A stretch of 64,000 nucleotides of DNA from Camelus ferus (GCF_009834535.1 NC_045697.1:33854001-33918000); one strand, 5' to 3'; counted from the stretch's first letter, positions 13,123 to 26,620 are shown. Notes: a model not told the origin generated them from the letters alone. Translations and numbers: made by a program.

Positions 13123-14234
13123 AATGATATTAGAAGAAGGCATAATCTTAGACGTTTATACTCTTCTTGATCTCATAATGATATTTATATTTGGTGTAAC
13201 CCTGATAAAAGATTTTTAAAAACAACATATGACTCTCTACACACACCAGGAATTCTGTAGTTTATCTTGGTTACTTAGATTCATGATTAATCTCTAATCC
13301 AAGATCTCTCAGGACTTCTAGCTCATTTTGCAAAAATTTAGCAGAGTACTAGTATCAGTGATTATGAAATTTGCTTTGGCACCCCATTTCTATCACTCAT
13401 TTGGTCTTGTCAAGCTGGGATGTACTTAGCTGTACATGTGCTATCTTCCCACAGCCTCTTCTAAAGGGGAATTGGGCACAACTGCTGTAACTCATTTCTC
13501 TATCACTAGAAATTTGCATGGTAACCTGGACTGTAGCTAGTCAGCACACACACACACAAATGTATTTTTCAATTGAATTTCTTTCTTCCTTCTATCTTCA
13601 TTTCCATTTTGGCTTCATTAAAATTTGCCAAGCCTCCCCTGGAGTTAAGTCTCCCTGTCTCCCTCCAAATCAATATAGCTATCATTTACTTTGGGGGTTT
13701 ATTGATTCATTGTACCTAATTTAAAGAGCTCATTACTGGGTTGGCATTTTATCATAAAACTTTATAAGTGAATGTTGTCATTCTCATAACTCCAAACCCT
13801 TCTGCTGTCTGTCATCTGGAACGTTTTTTCCCCCTAATTAGAGTTTCTACCAAATGTTATTTTATTGTTTTATTTACTCTTTTCTAAATTAGAGTCCCAA
13901 CAGGATAGGGTATTGAGACTGACTTATAACATAAAGCTGAAGATGTGTAATATTTCACAGCATCCAGTAAGACTAGGTTTTCTAAAATGCACATTACCAT
14001 TCATTATCTCAAATTAATCTGACAACACTATAGAGGCATATGTATGCTAAAAATTGATTCATTGTGACTCAGGTTTATATAAATTGCCTAAGGTTAAATA
14101 ATTATTTAAGAATTTGAGGTGATGGTGAGAAAGGTGAGGTACTGTCATGTTGTACTATATTGTGACACTTGGTTTCATGATACTAATCTGGAGTCTTACC
14201 AGTGGGCCATGCTCTTTTTTCTATAATAACCCCG

Positions 14235-14450
14235 GGTAAATGTCACCCAGTATCTGCTTATAAATTTTCATTGAAATGCACTGCAACTCTTTAGAAGCAA
14301 CCTATTCCACTAGTGGTTGTGTCTTCTTGTTGAGCAGCTCTTATAATCAAGGGGAAACAAAAGCTCAGTTCCAGTGATTTCCATCCACTGGTTCTAGTTC
14401 TGGCTTCTGGAGCAACATGAAGTACTTTCTACTCTCCTTTATATCTGACA
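14235..14450 (-). mobile_element. L3/CR1 LINE remnant
   Basis: ttccatccactggttctagttctggcttctggagcaaca resembles L3; orientation from recalled consensus. Confidence 0.55.
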
Positions 14451-16094
14451 ATAGAGGTAACAAGATTGTATAAATGCAGCCCAGGTAAACAATCTCCATC
14501 TTGGTGTGACAATTCCATCAAAGAAGAAAACATTTAAATAAATTACAGAGAATGTTTCTCAAATAGTAGGAACATACCAACATCACAACCTCAAGCCATT
14601 ATACCTGGAGGGGAATAAAAGTTTGGTCATGTTCCTTGAGTGTATTAAATAGAAGAAAGAGTGAGAGTCATTGTGATAGTGAATGATTTCCATTTCTCCA
14701 AGGACAGAATATGAACGATTTTGGAATCTTTATTTCTCCACTTTTGAGGTCAAAATGTTATGAATGCCCCAAGATATCTCTACTCAGTTCCTTGCTCTTT
14801 CTTTGAGCTAGACATCAATGTCTACCTGCTGATGAAAGCTCATAGTGATCATTAAAACTGTACCTCTCCTCTTACAAATAAAGTTCATGCTAAAACATAT
14901 GCTAAGAAGCTTTTATGAGTGAATGGATTGCTCATTGTCTGCTGCCTTTAGAATCCCATTTTGGTGCTACAGAAGCAAGCAAGAAATATTTCAGAGCTGT
15001 TTTTGTTTGTTTGTTTGTTTATTTGTTTAATTTATACTCACCACACTTGCAGAGGTATCTCTCTAGGGCTTCTGGGTAATTTTCGAGCAAGAAACTTGGA
15101 GAAATCAAGACAGTATGAAAGAAGTAATGTGTACACATCTGCAAGATCTTCCAAGACTGAGCTAAATAGTGCTATTAATACTCTGCTTTAATGAGCATTA
15201 AATTCACTTTTAAAAAGCCAACCACTTTTCTGTAAACAAGCTTCTTAGTTAAGTGTCTTATTTAGCAATTACAAAAAAAAAGGCATTTGGTTGTAAATTC
15301 GCCTACCTGATTTGATTTAAGAATATTTATATTCTATTTCACTCTAGAAGCCACATTTAGAGATTGTCAAAAGAGTAATATAATAAAGCAAGCAGATAAT
15401 ATAGATTTATTTCAGTTATTTTTATATTAAAGTTATATGCTCAGAGTTTCAAAGACTTAAGAGACAGTTCAAGAGAATGCTATTTTGTTTTATATTTTAG
15501 GAGAATGGGGACTTATTTCTAATTAAAGTGCAACAAAAATCAAGTAACTATAAAATTATTTCTAGAGGAGATTTTGTTAAGGAAACTGTTTATTTAATAA
15601 CATTTTATGGATAATAACTCATGTAGGGTCATGTTTATCATATTAATTAGGGTCATATTTATAAAAGTATATCTAAGAGCCCAAAACTGCTGATACAGAT
15701 TTCAAGTATGTTTTACTTCAGGAGATTCTTTGCCTCTTTAATATACAAGGTCTGAGCAGAAAAAAATCAACCTAGAAAAGCTGGTTCTTGAGGAATAGGA
15801 GCAATATAGTGTCATTTCCCTGGCCTTTTAAGTAGTATTATAAATGAGCCTGAGGTGTTTTGATTATCTTTGTACACAAATAATATTGGACTTACTTTTA
15901 AATTTTGGTGTAATTTTAAGTGAAATAGGGCCCTTTCCTCTTGGACATCTTTCCTGATTCCTCATCTAGAATCAATTATTCATTTCTCTGCCTCTACAGC
16001 ATTTCATTGATTTAGATAACATTTCAGTCAACTCTGTGCTGTGCTTTTGCCACCATATGTTGTGGAAAGCAGGGTAAGGGAGAGAACCAATTTG

Positions 16095-16095
<1 letters not shown>

Positions 16096-16135
<40 letters not shown>
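16096..16135. repeat. (TA)20 microsatellite
   Basis: Perfect dinucleotide run seen directly. Confidence 0.98.
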
Positions 16136-16138
<3 letters not shown>

Positions 16139-16199
16139 TATAATACAGTACTTACGGCAAAAGTAAAAAGTAGAAAGTATCTACTTTCAGCTGTGGGAA

Positions 16200-16520
16200 T
16201 AATCAACTATGAGAGGCCAACTCTACTACTGATCAGAATCAAAGAAGGAACCTTAAAAGAGTTGACCTTAAGAAGTAGGTCTAAAATATAATACAGGGGA
16301 CTTGTGAATATTTCTGAAAAAGAGGCCTGGTTGCATAAAGTTAATAAGGTCTAAAAGCTTATACATATGCAGGGGACCTGAACATCCGGACACTGTGTCT
16401 GTAACATAGAGTACGTATGGGGGATGGACATAAGTGAGGCTCAAAAGTTAGGTTGCAGTGAAATTGTGAACAATTTCATATGCCGTGCTAAGAAGGCTGG
16501 ACTTGGTCTTCCATGTAGTG
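16200..16520 (-). mobile_element. L2 fragment
   Basis: atgccgtgctaagaaggctggactt and neighbouring reverse-L2 motifs. Confidence 0.5.
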
Positions 16521-16544
16521 AAAGTTTTACATGATGTTCACCTT

Positions 16545-16690
16545 CAATAGAGTAGACTCCCTTAGGACAGGGACTGCCTGCACTCTTATTTTTGAGCTGG
16601 ACTCCATGCCCCCAGCATATACCTCAATGCATAACACATGGTTAATGCCCTATAAATATTTGTTGAATTAATATATGAGTTCATGAATCA
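16545..16690 (+). mobile_element. L2 3' end
   Basis: tagactcccttaggacagggact...ataaatatttgttgaattaat. Confidence 0.6.
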
Positions 16691-17059
16691 TGTGTGAAAC
16701 CAGATTATTGCCGTAAAATCAAAAGCTAGGGTGCAGGAGAGGAATGTGTCATGCAGTTTTCACGTGACAAGAAGAATAGAAATGCAGAGTTAAAAGCAGC
16801 TTTGTCTTGTGAATGATTTTTAAATGTGAAAGAAGAGGGCTATTAGAAAATTTATGTAGAAATTACCATTACTTTATTCCATTTTGTTAAAGTATGTACA
16901 ATATGTAATTTCTTTTTTTTTTTAATGAGAAAATGGAACAATTTATTTCTCTTGCTTCACCTTAAACAGCAGGGCCTTACAGCTGGGCCATTAGGAAATT
17001 TTACTAAATAACAAACCTCATTAAAAGCAAAGAAAGAGCAAATTAATCATGGTGATAGA

Positions 17060-17285
17060 AAATCATTTTAGACCCACCATATGGGCAAAAATTTAAAAAT
17101 CAGACAATATAAAGCATCAACAAGGATGGGTTATGATAAAAACTCTGGTTGACTGAGGGTGGTCGACCACTTGGGAAGATTGGACATCCCTCCAGCAAAG
17201 TTGCAAATGTGCTTGCATGTTGTATGACTCAACATTTCCAACTCTAGGGAGTTACTCCATTCTTGCACATGTACAAGAGCAAGAA
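17060..17285 (+). mobile_element. Old L1 (L1M/L1ME) ORF2-end fragment
   Basis: ggcaaaaatttaaaaatcagacaata...tatgactcaacatttccaactctaggga...ttcttgcacatgtac. Confidence 0.65.
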
Positions 17286-18094
17286 ACGGAGAAATACAAT
17301 TTCTATAAGCTGCATTTAATTAAGATGCACAGTGCCTTCACTTTAACCTCCTTGCTTTGGGCTAAATTCCTCACTGCTACTGTAACCAGCAGCTTTTTTT
17401 AACAGTAGAACTGAAGAGAAGAAAAAAAAATCACTTCTTCTTGAGATCATCTCTGCTGACCTCCCATCCCACCGTGTTTAGCAACTTTCGCTTGTTTGTC
17501 TCTAAGTACTTGTCTGAGAAAAACCATGCAGATGTCATGGCAGTACACATCACAGCAAGATGAAAACACATTTCTATTTTAAGAGCCAAAGCAACCTGTC
17601 AAATGATGGAGAAATGTATAGGTGCAGAGTGTTTTATATCCTGGTTTCAAAAACTTGATCCTTAGATGTGGAATGCTCATTTCGGAAACAGAGTGACATG
17701 GCAGATATGGGCCTGTTTTTTCTTTGAAGTTAGAAAGGCATTTTCACAAAAGCACCTCCTTCATCTCTGAAGTTTATTTCTAGACAGGAAGAGGGAGAGT
17801 GCCATTCCTTGTAGGAACTGCAAATAAACTCCAGTCTGTCATTTTAATTAGCAGAGAACCCAGTTTTTACTTTAGAAATTGAAAAAGTGAAATGCTCGGG
17901 AGTCAACCCAACACTTGGCAAGTTGTCATAAGGACTTGGCTGTAAAGATACAGGATAAAAGAACTTCAGTTTCACAAGCCTTGCTAATCTGCATTTACAA
18001 ACAGGGTTGACAGTTTAGGGAGCCAAATTGGGATGGAAGTTTGGGTTTAAGTTGGGATTTAAAGTCAAGGTGTAATATTCTGCTTTTCTAGTGT

Positions 18095-18990
18095 GTTATT
18101 CAACCACAAACTATTACTAACAAATACCCACATGGCTACTTACCCTCAAGGACACTTTTCTAAGAGATCCAAGTGTTTAGAATGAACAAAATCTTGCCCC
18201 TACTCTCAGGAAGTTGAAGAGATTGTTGTGAGGATGGGCAGGTAAATAGGCAAACTAGAATGCAGTATGAATGACAGTAAAAGGGAAGATTGCAGGGACC
18301 CAGAGGAGTAGTTCTGAGGAGTCGCGTTATCTCAGTCGATCTAGGGTTAGGTAGTTAAAGTAAAATCCCAGAGATGTGAAGTCTAATTTGAATCCTAAAG
18401 ACAGGTTGAAGTTGTCCATTTAAAGGAGGGGAGCAACAGAATGGCAGAGATAAGGAAGACAATGGCAAATTCTGGCAACTTCAAACTGTATAATGCAGCA
18501 GAAACAGAAAGGGCCAGAAAGTACTGAGAGATGAAGGTGGAGGAAAAAGCAGGGGCCAGGACATGGAGGGCCAGCACCTTAAAACATCAGAGTAGGATCA
18601 TCAGATTCGTACTTGAGCTATATTCCTAAGACTGGATTGAAAAAGGCTAAGACTGGAGTCAAGGAGAGTCAAGAGATTACTGTGGTGGTTTAAGTGAAGA
18701 ATGATGGACCTCAGTCACATCCGTGATGGAGAGATCTGAAAAAATATAGGGGAGGTAGAATGAGCAGTTACTAGTGATCACCTTAGGTGAGGGACAGGAG
18801 GAGTTAAGAATGACTTCTAATTTCCCATGTGGACAACTGGGTGAGTGGTTCTATGTTCTTTGAGATCTGGAACAAGGCAGACGAGCATGGAGGCTGGTGT
18901 GTTGGAGGTGCATGATGATGAAGAGGGAGAAGGTAAGTTGAATTTGTGGAATCTGTGAGATATCCAATGAAGAAGTTCAAGACACTGAGT
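18095..18990 (-). mobile_element. L2 fragment
   Basis: atgaacaaaatcttgcccctactctcaggaagtt...ggaggagttaagaatgacttcta...gacaactgggtgagtgg. Confidence 0.75.
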
Positions 18991-19443
18991 TTAAAGTAAG
19001 TAGTTTATGTAAGAACTACAAATATACAGAAACAAAGCATGGAAAAAGTCTTCTGTTTTTTGTATCCTGGAGTCATTATTATTAACTCCCAGTGCCAAAT
19101 GTGAAAAACAAATCTATGGCCTCTAGAAATATTAAAGAGATATTTTATAGTCTTTTGGTGGAAATCTTTTCCAAAACGATAGCTTTCTATAGATATCTTG
19201 AAAACTATAATGTAACCCAGATTATTTTATCGAACTCATATTTTTTGTGTCAAAACAGCTGCGTAGTGAGTTTAATACTTTAGAAATAATTATTAGACTA
19301 TTTTATTAAGTTATTCTATTTAACTATATTATTGTATATGTGGTTAAAGGAATTATCTTTCTACACTATTGTCTTTATTCAACACAAAAAAGCTTAGACT
19401 AGTTCAAGTTGTTTCCAGTGAAGTTCAAGTCATATTTTATAGA

Positions 19444-19695
19444 TTTTTGTTGTTTTTTGTTTTTGTTTTCATTTTTTATATATATATATATTTTTATTGA
19501 AGTATAGTCAGTTTACAATGTTGTGTCAATTTCTGGTATACAGCATAATGTTTCAGTCATATATGAACATACGTATATTCCTTTACATATTCTTTTTCAT
19601 TGTAAATTACAAGATATTGAATATAGTTCCCTGTGCTATACAGAATAAACTTGTTGTTTATCTATTTTATATATATATATATACATAAGTATCTG
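19444..19695 (-). mobile_element. Truncated L1 3' end (camelid-like variant) with A-rich tail
   Basis: ttattgaagtatagtcagtttacaatgttgtgtcaatttctggtatacagcataatgtttcagtcat; only a weak 5-bp TSD (ataga). Confidence 0.92.
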
Positions 19696-20484
19696 ATAGA
19701 AACTAGTCAGTAACTAAGACCCAAAGGATCATATTGATTAAATTGGAGTCATAATAAAAGTGTATAAAAATATAAGTTGTTGGGGGGGTACAAGAGAAAG
19801 TTTGAAAGAATTATACATAATTACCTTTGTAACTATAACATGGAATGCACCTGTAGAGAAAGAAGCTGGGCAAGCTTCTGACAAGTGGTCCTTCTCCTTC
19901 TTGTCTTGTCCTCTATTCTCTATCACACCATGGTGATGGGTGGCTCTTATTTAGTAGGCAGAAGACTTTCCCACTGGAATATTATTGTAAAAGAGCTTCT
20001 TTGAGGGCAGGAAAATGAACACATATCACTCTCTCTGAAACACCATCATTTGCCAGCTAAAGAGCATCTGAAAAATTGTAAGCTTTTCAAGGCAGCCATT
20101 GAAGGTACTCCATAAAATTTGGCCCAAGGACATCAGCTCAACAGAAATACAGAATATTTCCTATTTCTTTTGTTTACAATGACTTCTCTACACAGGTAGC
20201 CATCAGTAGTATTCAGGGATGTATTCGGAACCCTGGATTCTTAGAATTGGAGAGAGACTCTAGGACCTACCCTACTACACCAATTCTCTTGGGTTGATCT
20301 CTCGCCTCTACTTGATGCCTCTCTCAACTACTCACCAAGTGGGCTGTCTGCCTCTGGACAGACTCTAGTTTGTCTGTCCCACTGAGATTTTTTAAAATAT
20401 TGATTTCACTCATTAGAATTGGGAAAATTAATAAGGAATAATACTTTTACTGGGCATCATTGTTTTCAACATTAACAATAATGA

Positions 20485-20690
20485 CATCTTGACTGCACTA
20501 CTTGCTAGTTGTGTGAGATCAGGAAAGTTACTTAACCTCTCTGCACTTCATTTACTCATCTGTGAAATGAGACAATAATATTAATTTAATTCCTATAATC
20601 TTTTAGAGTTGTTGCAAGAAATAAATGAGTTAACCTAAGAAAATCCATTAGAACAATTTTTGGCACATAGTGATCTATAAGAATCAGCTA
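20485..20690 (+). mobile_element. MIR SINE
   Basis: tacttgctagttgtgtga...aagttacttaacctctctg...ctcatctgtgaaatgag...tggcacatagt. Confidence 0.8.
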
Positions 20691-22059
20691 ATATTTGTGG
20701 AATAGAAGGAAAATCAATCTGGAGAAGAAACAAAAGTAGCTTTCAGTCAGTGATCCCAAATATCCACAAATTTTTCTTAAAACTTAGAATTTTTGAAAAG
20801 CTGAAAAGAGACCAAATTTCATGAGAGGGTAACTTTTAGATAGTATTGTTTTATCTTTGAAAAGGACAGAGGAACCTAGGAAAATTAACTAAAGCTGCTA
20901 AAGATTGAGATATTTTTGATCAGTAATATTTTGTTTTTGTTCTTATTTTCCATTATCTGAAAGCCAGCAATTGTGTTTACAATAACCAAATCTCTCCTTT
21001 CCAATTTAAATGAATCCACTTCAGATGCATGGCTTTATAATTCTATATTCATGACATGCTATTCATCTTCTCTGAACTTGCCTTGCTACCACTGACAGTC
21101 AGAATCCCCTCAGATGAATTTCACAGACACTTGAAAATTAATTCTGCTAAAAGGTGAGGAGGCCATTGAATTTTTTAAAGAATGCTTTTAGCTTAGATCT
21201 CAGTAGTCATCTGACTTTATATCAGGCTTATTTCCCACTTTTTGAATAATAAGTATATCCATGAAAGAAATGGGAAAGAATTACTAGAGAGGAAATTTAG
21301 AAAAACTTTCCGGAGTAGATGCCTCATAGTTTTATGCTGAAATAGTTCTAACGTCATCAGGTAAATTTGAATCCTGTAAGAATCACTTGATGTAAATAAT
21401 AGGTTATAGATTTTTGACATTTCAATGCTTTTTTAATTAAAAAAGAATAAATTTCTGGCTATGAATTTCAGAGGTTCATCTTCAATAATAACAATTAATC
21501 ACAAAGAAAAAGCTAAGAACATTTTTCATCTAATAAAATTTTAACAAATAATCTCTTGTTCTTCTGCCATAGTATCATATTAATTAGTTTAGAATTGCAT
21601 GTTATAATCACTGTGATTATTGCTTTTGGCTGGTATGAGGAGCCTCTTTTGTATCAGTTTTTATTATAGGCAGTAGTGAAACAATGGCATAATTTCATTA
21701 TAGGTGTTACCTTAATAGTCTTCTTTCTCAACAAACAAGTTTCTGACAAAATGGGTGAATTCCTAATAGCCAGCATACCAAAGTGTATCATGGGAAAAAT
21801 AAACATCATTTCCCACAGAGCTCAAATGATCTACCTTGTCTATTATCTAGAGAGATTAACTCAGCAGCTGGAGTAAATCTCAATGGAGTTTTTAAAAGGC
21901 GTTTGCTTCCTGAAGTGTCAAGGGTGAAGGAACTGTTTATGACTTTGAGTTACTTTGAGTATTAAGATGGTTGTGAGGATTCCAATGAAATATTGTGTGA
22001 AATTTCTTTGAAAACATTAAGACACTCTAAAATGTGATGTTTTGGGTAGGTTATGGCAT

Positions 22060-23150
22060 ATCATTCATATTTTTAGCATAGTAGTGATATAATCAGATTT
22101 ATTTTTGGATGATTATTGTGAATGTGGGTTACAGGATGGCCTACAGTGGGGAAAGGTTACAGGCTGGATGACCAGATAGAAGGTTTTATTTATGATCAAA
22201 ATTATGGCTTGTGAGTGAATGATGGGAAAGGAAAGGACAGGACAAATAATATGGAAGTAGGTAACTTAGGTGATCATTAAAGTTCCTTTCAACATAGACA
22301 TTCAATTAGAATCTAATAAAAACGACAAACAAAAAACTAATCCTTGCCATACATAATTTTATATGATCTTATCTGAAAAACACCTAAACTTTGTGTAGAA
22401 TTGGAGACAAAGGAAAATGCTAGATGACCTAGAGGTTTGATTGCAGATTAATTTGGAAAAATGATGATGTCTCAATAAAAATAAGGGACTTACATTTCTA
22501 ACAAAACCAAAAATAAGACTACCATATGACCCAGCAATTCCACTTTTGGGTATATATCTGAAAAAACTGAAAACACTAATATGAAAAGATACATGTACCC
22601 CAGTGTTCATAGAAGCATTATTTACAGCTGCCAAGATATGGAGCAGTGTAAGTCTGACTGGATAAAGAATATGTGCTATATATATGGAAGACAGAGGAAG
22701 TGTGTTAAATAAGATTTCAGACATTTTTAATTTTAGAGGCCAAAAGGATATGTTAGGGTAAATGTCTATCAGGCTTCTTACTCGGGGTCCTGAAGCTCAT
22801 GAGAGCGGTAGATTTAGAGAGTTAACTCTAATTTTGGGAGTTACCAGCATACAGAAAATGAAAGCTGAGATTTGAAACCTTCTGGAGTAGCTTATGCCTG
22901 ATCTTTTGAGAATTTTCTTTCTTTCAAAACTAAGAATAAAACCAGGGCTTTGGTTGCACATTTCAAAGGCCTTATTAATAGTAGTGCACTGGTCCCCAGA
23001 GCTAGTGTGTCTAGGGCCTGGTGAGCTGAAACGAAGCATCCAGAAGCAACAAAATGGAAGGGTTAGCATTGCAGTGGAAGGAGGAAGCCAGGAATCAGAG
23101 GTTAAGGACCAACTGAGTGATAGTAAGTGTCAAAAAGGCTGTTATTGGTC
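22060..23150 (-). mobile_element. Degraded L2 fragments, interrupted by an L1 piece
   Basis: agtgatataatcagatttatttttggatgatta; agatttagagag...ttttgggagttaccagcatacag; gtcaaaaggctg. Confidence 0.55.
22495..22689 (+). mobile_element. Internal L1 ORF2 C-terminal fragment lacking 3' UTR and poly(A)
   Basis: Translates FLTKPKIRLPYDPAIPLLGIYLKKLKTLI*KDTCTPVFIEALFTAAKIW; aligns to the reverse complement of ~4460-4670. Confidence 0.9.
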
Positions 23151-24987
23151 AAAGTATAAAAACGAAATGAATTAGTTTAGGAATAGATGGGAACCTAAGG
23201 AGTCGGTTGGTTGAGGTTAATGGTTCTGGACTACTTCTGGGACTACAGCAGGTTGCTAAGAATCAATTTTTAAAGATACTAGGCCAAATCTAACAGTATA
23301 AAACATTTACCCAGATTATCAGCCAATCTTCCATCTTCGCTGCATTTCTCTTCAGTGTCTCTCTTAAATAGATTTTTAACTATGTATATATCTCCAGAGA
23401 AACTGCTAATCTTACCTCCTCTCATCTCTAAATAAAGCCTTTTTCCATAAGTAGTGGTAAGTTCATTATCTGAACACAGACAATGCTACCTTTTCTTTTG
23501 TTAGTTGAATTATAACACACCAGAAAAGATGCACAAGGACTAAGTGTACATCTTTTGAATAATGCTATTTTTGATATATCTTTGTCAAACCTTTGCTTAA
23601 TCAATTTTTTTAAAGTGCATTAATTAAATGAGTTTATTTATAGTCAGTTGCAATAAATCACAGTGATACTTTTTTTCCAAAAGGCATTGAAGGGAATCTA
23701 TTTTATAAGTGAGAAATATTTTTAATCATTGTAAATAAGATTGGATTCAATTTTTCACTCAATTAAAATATTTTAAATTATTAACGAAAGACACGTTTAA
23801 GGGATCATAGCTTCTTCGATACTGGTAGAGTGATGGTCTATCAAACATCATCAGTTCTGTCTATGGAATCTAAAAGATGAAGCAACGGTAATTCCTTATT
23901 TAGAGAATCAACTGCCAAAATGTGAAAGCATGTGAATTTCAATTTATTCAACAAATATTTACTGAGCTCTTTCCATATGCCAGGGATTTTTTAACCTATA
24001 TTTCTCTGAAGAAGTTGGGAGAGTTTCAACTATGAGGCAAATGAATTCCGTTTATAAATGCAAATATGGTTTACAATAAAAGATATTATAACATGAAGCA
24101 AGAATATTTTATTCCTATAAGAACAAAAATAAATTGGATCTAGTTACAGACATCTCTCACTGTGATCTGAAAAAATGTATACATTTATTTTCAGTTGTTC
24201 TTGAGAAGATAGTATCTCTGAATACTAAGCTAGAAGAATTTCTAGGTAAAAACTAGTTTCAGTTTGGTATGCCATTTTATAGCTCTATGACTTAAAATGT
24301 GGGGTATTACAGGCAGTTAAAGAATACTTTTCACAACTTCTCGAAAATAATTTGGTATTATTAAACTTCTGAGGGGAGGGAAGGGGATGGTCCGAAGTGA
24401 GATCTGTGTCCATTTAAAAATTAAGCTCTGAGAACAAAAACAGAAATGTAAATTTCTGAGTGAGACAAACTCATGCATGTCAGGATATATATCAGAACTG
24501 ATTTCAAATTAAGATTAATCTTTCTGAATCGCACTTAAGGAAGTGGCAGCAAAATTGTAAACTTGAAATTGACACCTAGGCTGCCATTTCATTGCCTGTC
24601 AAAGACACATCCTTATTAGAAATCTAATGCAATCAAGTAATACCAGAGAGTGTTTCACTCATACCTAATCTGAAAAATCATTTGGCATATTGGAAGTCCT
24701 ATTTTTCTCTTGGTTTCTTCATTGAACAAAAAATAGTATTCTACTGTTTTGTTACTATATAGCAGAAAGTATATGACCTTTGGAGGGAGTCAGAGAGGTC
24801 TTGGTTTGATGGTAGAGATGGTCGGTCTTGGTTTTCTGTAATATTTTATGTGATTTTAAACTTTTGGAGCCTCATTTGTTTAAAAAAAAAATACTCATAA
24901 GCCTGAGGATGGAGAGGAAAAAAGGCACAGACTGTAACAGCACCTGTCAGTTCCTTTCCTTTTCTCTATCAAGTACTCAGTCTCCAT

Positions 24988-25130
24988 GATTCGTTCATTC
25001 ATACATCCATCCATCCAATCAATGAATTCCATTCAGTCAATGAATATTGAGCACCTGCCCTATGCCAGACACTGTGTTAGGCACTGGGGAGGCAGCAGTG
25101 TAATTTTAAAAGCCCTGTCCTTATATTCTT
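24988..25130 (-). mobile_element. L2 3' end
   Basis: ttcattcat...tattgagcacctgccctatgccagacactgtgttaggcactgggga. Confidence 0.8.
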
Positions 25131-26009
25131 ACTTGTGAAATGTTAACTGCATTCTTATTAAGAAAGTGAATCATATGCTTGCCTCTGAATTATAAACATA
25201 TATAATTTTCAAATTATTTAAGCTAAAAAATACCCTATCTCTATATCCAGCTTTCTTTTATCTCTACTTCCTTTCCTAAATTTAGCCCTTTATGTGTTCT
25301 CTTCAACTACAGTACTTTTCAAGAAGTCTACCTCTATATCAAGCTTAGATGGAGTTGAGGGCTTAGGTGAGCAGGGTTTTACAGAAGACAGAATCCTTAT
25401 GCTTAAGAAGATGAATGTCACAACAAGGAAAGAAAACATAAAATTATGAGTAATAGCTCAATCCGTAAGATAAACCGTAACCCCATGTTAAATGATAAAT
25501 GGCAGAGTACTTTCTCAGTACCTGCAGTGGTTGGGAGGACCTAGCTGGCTGGGAAGGTGTAAGGTTCTGGCTTTGGTTCATTTCAAAAATGGCTCCTAAA
25601 TATTTAGGGAAAGAAGGCCTGTTTCTCTCTGGTCTTGTCAGTCTCTTCATTCCAAGTTTCAGTACTAAAAGTGTCAATGAATCAAAACGTTCATCCCTAT
25701 GTCTACCTTCCTTACCTGTACTTTTTGTGGCCATGTGCCTGACTGTGATGCGGGGCATGCAGTACTAGGTACGTTGTCCAGGAGTGGGCTTTTCTATTCA
25801 TCTTCATCAAGGAGGCAGATAATGGAATTTCTGCCCAGATTTTTGGCATGTGGCTTTTCTTCTTTATTATTTTATGGCATAATTGCCAGGGTTTTTTTTT
25901 TTTGTCCATTTTCATGTAGTGATAGGTATTTTTGTGAGAATCCTGGGAGATACTTATCAGTCCCTGTCTGTGCTGACTGGCAAGTTACTGCACTTTTCAT
26001 TTTTGAAAA

Positions 26010-26173
26010 CAGGAACAGCTATGTAATTTGTGAGGCTTAGTGTTAAGTGAAAATGTGGGGCCCCTTGGCCAAGAATTCTTGACCACAAAATAGCATTAAA
26101 CCAAACAAGGCAACCTCCACAGTGCGAGGCCCGGGGTGCCTGCACGGGTCCCAGGCGCGTGGAGCTGGCCCTG
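26010..26173 (-). mobile_element. MER45A (hAT-Tip100 DNA transposon)
   Basis: Minus strand cagggccagctcc...ttggtttaatgct...caaggggccccacattttcac...caaattacatagctgttcctg; TIR ends CAGG/CCTG; 8-bp TSD-like tttgaaaa/cttgaaac. Confidence 0.9.
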
Positions 26174-26239
26174 CTTGAAACTCTCTCCAACTTGAGGTTT
26201 GGTGCCATTGTTGTCTCCAGCTGTTCCCTCTCTCTCTCC

Positions 26240-26620
26240 TGAAGCTTCTCTGTTCCTTGACTGGCTTCTCCCATCTTCTTCCTTAAGCCCCTAAATATGA
26301 GGGAATCCAAGATGATGTCTTCTGTTCTCAGACATTCTTTTTCTACCGTGTAATTCTCAGAAATCCCTGAGAATTTAATGATCTCTATCACTCCTTTCTG
26401 AAGATGGCTCTAAGCTTAGTATCTTCAGCTTTCATGGTTCTCGTTAAGTTTGAGGTAAAAATTTTTAATTGCAAACAGGCATTTACACTAATAGCTGATA
26501 CACCTACAATGGAATCTTTAATCTTATCAATCTACTGACTCTTTTACGTGTATTTTCTTTAGTCTGAAACTTGAATTATTCCCTCTCCTTGGCTTCACAA
26601 ATCAAATAATTATCAACTTT
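26240..26620 (+). mobile_element. L2 fragment
   Basis: cttctctgttccttgactggcttctccc...cccctaaatatgagggaatccaagatgatgtc. Confidence 0.55.

Noticed and set aside
22359..22724. 121-aa minus-strand ORF
   Set aside because: Antisense reading of the L1 ORF2 fragment
23524..23556. 12-bp-arm hairpin with one mismatch
   Set aside because: AT-rich, within a probable old L1 tail fragment, near chance expectation
25957..26391. 144-aa minus-strand ORF
   Set aside because: Runs through an L2 fragment and MER45A
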